A stretch of DNA of 64,000 nucleotides, from positions 1,092 to 65,091 of IMG/VR virus record IMGVR_UViG_3300037453_000856. One strand, 5' to 3'. Under the pieces are notes generated by a model. It ran no database searches. It was not told the origin of the DNA and saw only the letters and a list, made by a program, of their open reading frames with translations. A program made the position numbers and the translations under genes. This document shows, one piece after another, positions 54,760 to 60,974 of the stretch. This DNA comes from a virus (lineage: Duplodnaviria > Caudoviricetes). The stretch's first letter is position 1. The number at the start of each line of letters is the position of its first letter.

Positions 54760-54770
54760 CCAGGAGGCAA

Positions 54771-55511
54771 TCAGAGGCCTAAAGCCTTCAATCTGAGTTC
54801 GATTTCGGCTCTGAACTTCCTATTCTTGGCTCGTTCCTCGTCCCTGGCCTGACGCTCGTCGAGCTTTTCAACCTGGCGCCTGAGGGAACGCTCTTTGCGT
54901 TCCTGCTCTTTGCGTTCCTTGTTGATGGCTTCCTTTGTCCAGATGACTTGGATTCGTCCCTGGCATTTGAGCGCAGCGACTTCCGAATCCACCGCCGTGT
55001 TGTCATAGATGACTTCACCTGGGTAGCGCTCCATCTGCTTGGCCATGCGCTCGACCACGTGCTGAGGCACGCCGTGGATGTTGCTGCGGTTGCCCTTGAC
55101 GTGGATGACCTGGAAGTAAGCGTTGTACTTCTTAGCCAGCTTCCTGTAGAACTCGATGTGCGCGTTCTTGACGAAGGTGTTGGCCACAACGACGTACTTG
55201 CCCACGGCGAGGAGACGCTCGGCCTTCTGCTGGCAGTAAGCTATAGCCTTGCCTATGTACAGTTTGTTGTACTTGTACTCGAGATCGTCGTCGGTGAAGT
55301 AGTCGTCTTGTTCGACGGGAGCGACGGGCTGAGTCAGGCAGAAGTGCGCGGCGAGCTGCTCGGCAGCTTTTCTGGCCACGGTGGACTTGCCGGAACCCGG
55401 TATGCCCTTGAAGATTAAGAGGATTTTGCGACCGCGAGCGGCCTCGATGACGCTGGTCGTGATGCCAGCAACGTTGGCAGTGAGGGTGCCAGCCGTTTCA
55501 ACTTTGCTCAT
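54771..55511 (-). CDS. P-loop polynucleotide-kinase-like protein (AAA_33 / N4BP2-like)
   Basis: KGIPGSGKST, EQDDYF, VVVANTF, SNIHGVPQHVVERM. Confidence 0.85.
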   Translation of the reverse strand: MSKVETAGTLTANVAGITTSVIEAARGRKILLIFKGIPGSGKSTVARKAAEQLAAHFCLTQPVAPVEQDDYFTDDDLEYKYNKLYIGKAIAYCQQKAERLLAVGKYVVVANTFVKNAHIEFYRKLAKKYNAYFQVIHVKGNRSNIHGVPQHVVERMAKQMERYPGEVIYDNTAVDSEVAALKCQGRIQVIWTKEAINKERKEQERKERSLRRQVEKLDERQARDEERAKNRKFRAEIELRLKALGL

Positions 55512-55556
55512 AGCTTGTGCCTTTGAGTTGTGGTTAATTGTATAAATCCTTGTTGT

Positions 55557-55636
55557 TGGTGGAGGTGGCGGGACTCGAACCCGCTTCTCAAGCTTCCCTT
55601 TTCGGGCTTAAGCCTGATCGACGCCTTATCACCCCC
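55557..55636 (-). ncRNA. 80-nt tmRNA tRNA-like domain lacking the mRNA-like domain (mini-tmRNA)
   Basis: GGGGGUG/CACCUCC acceptor with G3-U70, A73, encoded CCA; stemless D-loop AUAAGGCGUCGA; 8-bp P2a UCAGGCUU/AAGCUUGA; GAA linker; T-arm GCGGG-UUCGAGU-CCCGC. Confidence 0.85.
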
Positions 55637-55652
55637 ATGCACAACAAATTTG

Positions 55653-56111
55653 TTAGTCCGTGAGGAAATCCAGAGCATCCTCGGCGATTGCTTTCGCCGT
55701 GGTTTCTATGTCCTGGAAACGCCTTGTGGGGCTGTTGCTCTTGCCCCAGTAAAACTCACCGTCGAACGACTTGTACCAGCCGCCCGTGATTATCGAGCTT
55801 CCGGTTGTGTCAATGGTCATAATGTCTACGCAAAAGACCTTCTCATCGTTCCCTACCGGGAAGTCTTCCATATCGTCCTGGCTTGTGCCGATTTCGAAAT
55901 GTGCGCACGTGACAGCTTCTGGATGCTCTTCGTTGACGATGTCAATCTCCTGGTTCCTTTCTGTGTCCTCGATCGTCTTGTTAAAGACGTATAGCGACCT
56001 GACGGTCGTGCACTTGGGATTGGAGTAAAACAGAGCGTACTCCCTGAGCAGCTCCTTTACGAGGTCGAAGACTTCGTAAAACTGCTCTATGTTCATGAAT
56101 TTGCTAAACAT
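55653..56111 (-). CDS. Hypothetical acidic protein
   Basis: AAGGAGG SD; downstream of hairpin H3. Confidence 0.75.
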   Translation of the reverse strand: MFSKFMNIEQFYEVFDLVKELLREYALFYSNPKCTTVRSLYVFNKTIEDTERNQEIDIVNEEHPEAVTCAHFEIGTSQDDMEDFPVGNDEKVFCVDIMTIDTTGSSIITGGWYKSFDGEFYWGKSNSPTRRFQDIETTAKAIAEDALDFLTD

Positions 56112-56131
56112 ATTGTCCTCCTTGGATTATG

Positions 56132-56178
56132 AAAATTTATATATTTTTTATTTCACCAAAAATAAAAATATAAATTTT
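56132..56178. promoter_or_regulatory. AT-rich hairpin element H3 (loop CACCAA)
   Basis: AAAATTTATATATTTTTTATTT / AAATAAAAATATAAATTTT. Confidence 0.75.
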
Positions 56179-56192
56179 AGACTTGTAAAAGC

Positions 56193-56219
56193 GGGCAGTT
56201 TCCCTTCTTACCCAGGAAG
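56193..56219 (-). ncRNA. Isolated pseudoknot-family copy (PK7)
   Basis: Plus GGCA-GTTT-CCCTTC-T-TACC-CAG-GAAG; U-G pair on minus strand; downstream of NADAR stop. Confidence 0.75.
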
Positions 56220-56254
56220 TGGCTGTACTAGCGATGTATGTACTTACTTGTAAG

Positions 56255-56674
56255 TTACTTGCCGTTCCTTATGGATTCCCTTTCTTCCATGAGAATCTTG
56301 CCGAGCATGTTCTTGCCATATCCGTTGCAGACACCCCAAAAGGTGTCGCCCCAGGTATTGCCTTCTACTAGCTCTTCGTCACCAGTGTCGATCAAAAGCT
56401 GTCTGAGCTCAGGGTTTTGGAACTTCTGGTGAATGACCCACTTCATGACTTCGACTTTAATCTTGTCCCAGTCCGGGCGAAGGCTAACGCTTCTGCCGAG
56501 CCTTTTCGCCTCTTTGCCCGAGAGCCCGGCGAACTTGGCACGCTCATCCATGTCTTTGGTCTTGAAAGACTGGAATACGGCTTCCGTGCAGGTGTATTCC
56601 TTGCCACCCATCGTGATGTTCATATTGAACATGTTGGAGAGGAAGAAATACTTACCTCTAAATCTGTCAATCAT
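56255..56674 (-). CDS. NADAR (YbiA-like) N-glycosidase / ADP-ribosyl hydrolase
   Basis: FRGKYFFLSNM, TEAVFQSFK, EAKRLGR, RPDWD, KF.NPEL..LL.TG, LVEGNTWGDTFWG, GKNMLGKILM. Confidence 0.92.
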   Translation of the reverse strand: MIDRFRGKYFFLSNMFNMNITMGGKEYTCTEAVFQSFKTKDMDERAKFAGLSGKEAKRLGRSVSLRPDWDKIKVEVMKWVIHQKFQNPELRQLLIDTGDEELVEGNTWGDTFWGVCNGYGKNMLGKILMEERESIRNGK

Positions 56675-56706
56675 ATTTAACTCCTTTTATTTATTTCTTG
56701 TTATAT

Positions 56707-56747
56707 GAAATTAATTATTTATTCCACCAAAGAATAAAAATAATTTC
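56707..56747. promoter_or_regulatory. AT-rich hairpin element H4 (loop CACCAAA)
   Basis: GAAATTAATTATTTATTC / GAATAAAAATAATTTC upstream of NADAR. Confidence 0.75.
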
Positions 56748-56760
56748 TGTTTTTCTTTTC

Positions 56761-57070
56761 TTTAATGTATATATTATGTAACATTATGTATATAACATAT
56801 ATAATCTTTATTTATATGTTATATATTATGTTATCTTTTCTTTTTGTCTTCCCTCTTAAAATCATTTTATTTTATATTCTTTCTCTCCCTTCATTCTTGG
56901 TAAGGTATATGTTATCTTGCATCCTACTTCCCTCCCGTGCAAAGCGCTTCGCTTGTCTCGCGCGCTCCCGAATCCGCGCGCTCACTTGTGGCTCTTAACG
57001 TTCGCGCTCATCCCGCACAAGGGCTCTGCGCTCACGAGCCACTTGAGTAGTACACTTGTGAAGCCTCGTG
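56761..57070. other. Candidate replication origin or standalone ncRNA: AT-rich tract next to GC-rich repeats
   Basis: Almost pure A/T tract 56761-56835; GCGCTC at 56962, 56978, 57004, 57028; CACTTGTG at 56983 and 57053. Confidence 0.45.
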
Positions 57071-57075
57071 CACAT

Positions 57076-57104
57076 ATGATAGCAAAAGTTTCACAAAAAG
57101 TCAA
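57076..57104 (-). promoter_or_regulatory. Sigma70-type promoter
   Basis: TTGACT-17nt-TATCAT immediately downstream of a terminator. Confidence 0.8.
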
Positions 57105-57142
57105 GAGGTGTGTTTTTGTGATTTTGGCACCTATGATACAGT

Positions 57143-57177
57143 AAAAAAAGTGGAGGCACACTTGCGTGTGCCCCCGC
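57143..57177 (-). terminator. Rho-independent terminator
   Basis: GGGGGCACAC-GCAA-GTGTGCCTCC then ACTTTTTTT on minus strand. Confidence 0.9.
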
Positions 57178-57188
57178 TTGTTTTCCCC

Positions 57189-57629
57189 TTAGAAGGGGAG
57201 GAGCTGGAAGCCCTTGCCGGCATCCTCGGAGAGGACGACGATCTTGTAGCCAGCCTTGCGCATGGACTGGATGCCCATGTGCTTGCGCTTGCCCTTGTCC
57301 TGCCAATCCGCGTCGCGGAGGACCTTGGTGGAGCCGAAGCGGCCCTCTTCGTCAACCTCGATCGCGCTGGCGTAGCACGCTTCGGTGAGCGTGTTGCCGC
57401 AGATGCCGCAGATGACGGACTCGGGGCCCTTGGCGCCGTTCTGGACGAAGCGCTTGAGGAGCAGCGTCGCAGAGCCGTTGGGGAAGACAACCGCGAACAC
57501 GGAGTTGCGCGGAGTGTTGTCAATCTCCTTGACAGAGGCTACTTCGGTAACCTTGCCGGCTTTGTAGGCCTTGTAGAAGTTCTTGACGGACTTTTCGAGA
57601 GAGGAGAAGGTAAAAGCTTTGGTGTTCAT
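57189..57629 (-). CDS. Hypothetical early protein, high-expression codon usage
   Basis: C-ending codons; AAGGA SD; between H5 and terminator. Confidence 0.8.
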   Translation of the reverse strand: MNTKAFTFSSLEKSVKNFYKAYKAGKVTEVASVKEIDNTPRNSVFAVVFPNGSATLLLKRFVQNGAKGPESVICGICGNTLTEACYASAIEVDEEGRFGSTKVLRDADWQDKGKRKHMGIQSMRKAGYKIVVLSEDAGKGFQLLPF

Positions 57630-57657
57630 AGTGTGAATCCTTGTGTTGTGATTAATT

Positions 57658-57710
57658 GGAAGTTAATTTATAATTTTTATTTCACCAAGAAATAAATGAA
57701 ATTAACTTCC
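57658..57710. promoter_or_regulatory. AT-rich hairpin element H5 (loop ACCAA)
   Basis: GGAAGTTAATTT...TTTATTTC / GAAATAAA...AAATTAACTTCC. Confidence 0.8.
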
Positions 57711-57731
57711 ACTTATTCCTTGGTGAACTTG

Positions 57732-58040
57732 TTATTCAGCCTTGATGCGGTTGCGGATGCGCCTGCTCAGGTCCTTCGCCATGAGTTCCGCATCGTCGCC
57801 CAGCGTCGCAAGGTCGTCCTTTTCATCGTAGAACATCCAGTACGCATCCGCTGTGATGTTGCCGCTCATCCTTATGACGAACCTCATCCTGAAGGTACCT
57901 TTCATATCCGGTATGAAACCATTCTGCATCTTCAGTTCAAGTTCGTTGTCGGAAAGCTTCTTGAGCTCCACGAAGAAGTTAGCACTGCTCAGTTCATAGA
58001 CCAGTTTTCTGATGAAGCCTTTCGGTTTGATAAGTTCCAT
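57732..58040 (-). CDS. First early gene, hypothetical
   Basis: AGGAGG SD. Confidence 0.8.
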   Translation of the reverse strand: MELIKPKGFIRKLVYELSSANFFVELKKLSDNELELKMQNGFIPDMKGTFRMRFVIRMSGNITADAYWMFYDEKDDLATLGDDAELMAKDLSRRIRNRIKAE

Positions 58041-58217
58041 ATTTTCCTCCTATGGTTAATTGTTATTCATATCACCTGATATAAAAGATTATTTATATCA
58101 CTTGATATTCAACATTGGTGTTTGGTTTGTTATGTGTGTGAGGAGAGGATCGGGGTCACTTATGCAATAGTAAATAAAAAAACAAAATATACTCAAGGGT
58201 CAACCCGTGCGTCCTAC

Positions 58218-58247
58218 TTGACTTTTTGGAAGCAAGTTTGGTAGATT
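58218..58247 (+). promoter_or_regulatory. Sigma70-type promoter for packaging operon
   Basis: TTGACT-18nt-TAGATT with extended TG; same TTGACTTTT start as the two minus-strand promoters. Confidence 0.6.
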
Positions 58248-59054
58248 ATGCGCAAAAGCACAACATATGGTAGGGTGTCACTTAACCTGATACAAGATAT
58301 GGCGTACGTTAGGCGCAAGAAAAAAGACAAAGAGATAGACGAAACCGGCGTTATAGCCGAGTGGAAAAAGGAGTTCAAGCTTGTGGTGATGACGGCTGTA
58401 AAGGCCGGAGCTACGAAGAAGGAGCTCCAGGAAAAGGTATTGGAGAGCTTTCTCGACTATTGCGGGAAGGTTGATATTAGCGGCGAGGACATGGTCGATA
58501 TGGTCATGAAGATAGCGCCGACCAAGGAGGACATCAAGGAGAGCGACTTGGGCGCTCCTGTCAGCTATGCGAAATTTGCGGAGAGCATAATAGAGGACAG
58601 GGACGACAAGGTTGCCAGCGACTATACGATACAGGCCGAGGAGATGCTTAAGAAGGCCGAAGCCGAGAAGATAAGCGCGCAGCATGTGCAGCCGTTCAAG
58701 TACGGCGAGGACATCACCTATCCTGCGGGGGTCACTTTCGATGCGCAGTCCGAGGCAAAAAAGCAGGGCTTCTCCGAGGTAACGCCACCTTCTGACGACG
58801 AGGACGAGTTTAGCAGGAACATGCGCAAGTTCGATGCCAAGGAGCTTGTCGAGGCTGCCAAGCGTCATAGTGAGGAGATGGACAACAAGCTTATGCGTGT
58901 GCGTGCCGCGGCTAAGAAAGGCGGCGTCATCAGGGACGTCAGGGAGAGCCTGAGGTTTAACGGGCTCAGCTTTTGCGAGGCTCCCAGTAATCCGTTTAAG
59001 GGAGTTCCCGAATCGGAGCGGCCTTCTCTTAAAGACGACTCAGAGGACAACTGA
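58248..59054 (+). CDS. Putative terminase small subunit (start probably ATG approx 58296)
   Basis: Position immediately before TerL with TGATG coupling; helical and charged. Confidence 0.5.
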   Translation: MRKSTTYGRVSLNLIQDMAYVRRKKKDKEIDETGVIAEWKKEFKLVVMTAVKAGATKKELQEKVLESFLDYCGKVDISGEDMVDMVMKIAPTKEDIKESDLGAPVSYAKFAESIIEDRDDKVASDYTIQAEEMLKKAEAEKISAQHVQPFKYGEDITYPAGVTFDAQSEAKKQGFSEVTPPSDDEDEFSRNMRKFDAKELVEAAKRHSEEMDNKLMRVRAAAKKGGVIRDVRESLRFNGLSFCEAPSNPFKGVPESERPSLKDDSEDN

Positions 59055-60661
59055 TGCCTTATACTCCCGAGATGGTCAGCTATGCTCTTGATCCCGCAAG
59101 GTATGCAGAGCTCAAGATCAAACCCGAGAGGAGCCTCACCCCCATCGAGGCAAAGCTTCTCGCCACTCAGGAGCAGTTCGACGCCAGCAACTTCGGCTTT
59201 TTCAACGTTTATTTGACTGAAAAACAGTGCCATATCGTCGAATGCGCCAAAAAGTACAACGAGGTTATCATAGAGGGCGGCGTCCGTTCCAACAAGACCT
59301 TCGGCATTGCGTACTTTTCATGCTGCCGTCTCGGCAACTTTTATCCCATAGGGTATGTTCCTTACAGGACCAAGTACGGCGAGCGGATTTTCAGGCCCAT
59401 TTTGAAAAAGATGATCCTGCCCGACACCAACCCCGTGGCAAAGGTGTGGTTTTCCGTCCTTACCCGTCCTCTCGGCGCGGCTCCCGGCGGTCTCCAGCAG
59501 ACTTTTATGGCCCTTTTGCCTAAGCCGTGGCTAAAGAGCAAGCATACCGTCGGCGGCATATACTTGACCAGTATCGAGCTTGTCAATGGCGCTCAGGTGG
59601 AAATCAAATCGGCTGACGCTGGCCGCGAGGCTTATCAGTCCGCCACTATCGATCTGCTTGTGGCCGACGAGGGCCATACCTGGGAGGTCATATCTGAGGC
59701 TACTTCCCGTTCCGGTTCCTATCCCCTTAAGTTCATATACGGCTACTTCCCGATTCCTGAAGAAGGCACCACTTGGGTCAAGGAAAAGTATATCCAGCCT
59801 GAAATCGAGGGCAGAACTCCCGCTTACAGAAAGGTCATCAAGGTAAACTATCTTGAGAACGCCTTTATTCCCAAGCCCAAGAGAGACGAGCAGGTCGAGC
59901 GCTGGATAGAGAACCATGAGTTCGAAGAGCGCGCCTACGGCGACTTCGGCGAAATCAAGGGCCTTGTTTACAAGGAGTTCAAGCGTTCTACCCATGTCAT
60001 GAACGCCATGGACATCCCGGCTTTCAAGGCGAACGGCGGCGAGCCTCCTGATCACTGGAAGCGATTCTGCGCTATCGATACTCACAACTCCAGGAAAGGC
60101 TGCGCGGCGGTCATGTGCGCCATCGATCCTGCCACAGGCAGGCGGTATTATTACAACGAGTATCAATCCAACGGCGATCCCTACACCTGGTTCGACTATT
60201 TCAACAAGCTTCATGCTGAGCATCCCTTCGAAATGGTCTGGATCGATCCGTCCGCTTTTGCCACTGACGCTTCCGGGTTCTCCATCGGTGAGAAGTTTAT
60301 GGAGATGACTAATCTTCCCATGGAGAAAGCCTTCCGAGACAGGGCCCAGGGAATCCGAGCCGTCACTCTTGCGCTTAACCCGCTCCGTCTTCCCGACGGA
60401 TCGCGGCCTCTCGACGGCCTTCCCGGCATGATTGTCTGCGAGCATTGCTACACAACCATAAGGCAGCTCGAGACTTATGCCAGGAAGTCAGACGTTTACA
60501 CCGACGTTTTGAAAGTTAATGACGAATATTGCGACTGCGTTCGATACATAGAGGTTCAGGAGCCCCAGACGTTCTTTGGCGTTAGTTACGTCAATGACGA
60601 CGTCAGCCAGCTCGACCCCGATGAAGATATTAATTTTAATCCAAACCTTCGCGTTATATGA
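59054..60661 (+). CDS. terL: Terminase large subunit
   Basis: GGVRSNKT Walker A, LLVADEG Walker B, FCAIDTH nuclease Asp, WIDPS, DEYCDCVRY. Confidence 0.92.
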   Translation: MPYTPEMVSYALDPARYAELKIKPERSLTPIEAKLLATQEQFDASNFGFFNVYLTEKQCHIVECAKKYNEVIIEGGVRSNKTFGIAYFSCCRLGNFYPIGYVPYRTKYGERIFRPILKKMILPDTNPVAKVWFSVLTRPLGAAPGGLQQTFMALLPKPWLKSKHTVGGIYLTSIELVNGAQVEIKSADAGREAYQSATIDLLVADEGHTWEVISEATSRSGSYPLKFIYGYFPIPEEGTTWVKEKYIQPEIEGRTPAYRKVIKVNYLENAFIPKPKRDEQVERWIENHEFEERAYGDFGEIKGLVYKEFKRSTHVMNAMDIPAFKANGGEPPDHWKRFCAIDTHNSRKGCAAVMCAIDPATGRRYYYNEYQSNGDPYTWFDYFNKLHAEHPFEMVWIDPSAFATDASGFSIGEKFMEMTNLPMEKAFRDRAQGIRAVTLALNPLRLPDGSRPLDGLPGMIVCEHCYTTIRQLETYARKSDVYTDVLKVNDEYCDCVRYIEVQEPQTFFGVSYVNDDVSQLDPDEDINFNPNLRVI

Positions 60662-60936
60662 GTTCAAAACTTTACCGTCATTTTTCCGAGGATCTGCTTT
60701 CGATTCAGAAGCTTTTTTCTGATGTCGAAAACGGGTATAAGTCAGCCGACAGTGCCTTCCGTGATTTTTTAACCGCCTTCGGTGGTTATTATGTTTACGT
60801 TCCCAAGAACAAAAGGCCTAAGGCTTCCCGCATCTTACTCCTTCTTGACGAAGGTCTTACGCCCGCTCAGATATCCGAGCGGCTCGGCGTTACCAGACGC
60901 TGGGTCTATTATGTCCGGACAAAAAGAACGCAATAA
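60658..60936 (+). CDS. Mor/C-family transcription regulator
   Basis: AFGGYYVYVPK followed by HTH GLTPAQISERLGVTRRWVY. Confidence 0.7.
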   Translation: MSSKLYRHFSEDLLSIQKLFSDVENGYKSADSAFRDFLTAFGGYYVYVPKNKRPKASRILLLLDEGLTPAQISERLGVTRRWVYYVRTKRTQ

Positions 60937-60974
60937 AATAATTCTTCCCTCTTTTGTGGTACGTTTGAGTCACC

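Noticed and set aside
55557-55636. Ordinary tRNA-Ala
   Set aside because: No D-stem and no 5-bp/7-nt anticodon arm; geometry matches tmRNA TLD.
56755-56840. dif site for XerCD integration
   Set aside because: Only centre and XerD-like arm match; XerC arm is absent and the region is low-complexity AT.
59270-59300. Non-canonical TerL Walker A (GGVRSNKT)
   Set aside because: Variation at this position is common in terminases; other motifs are intact.
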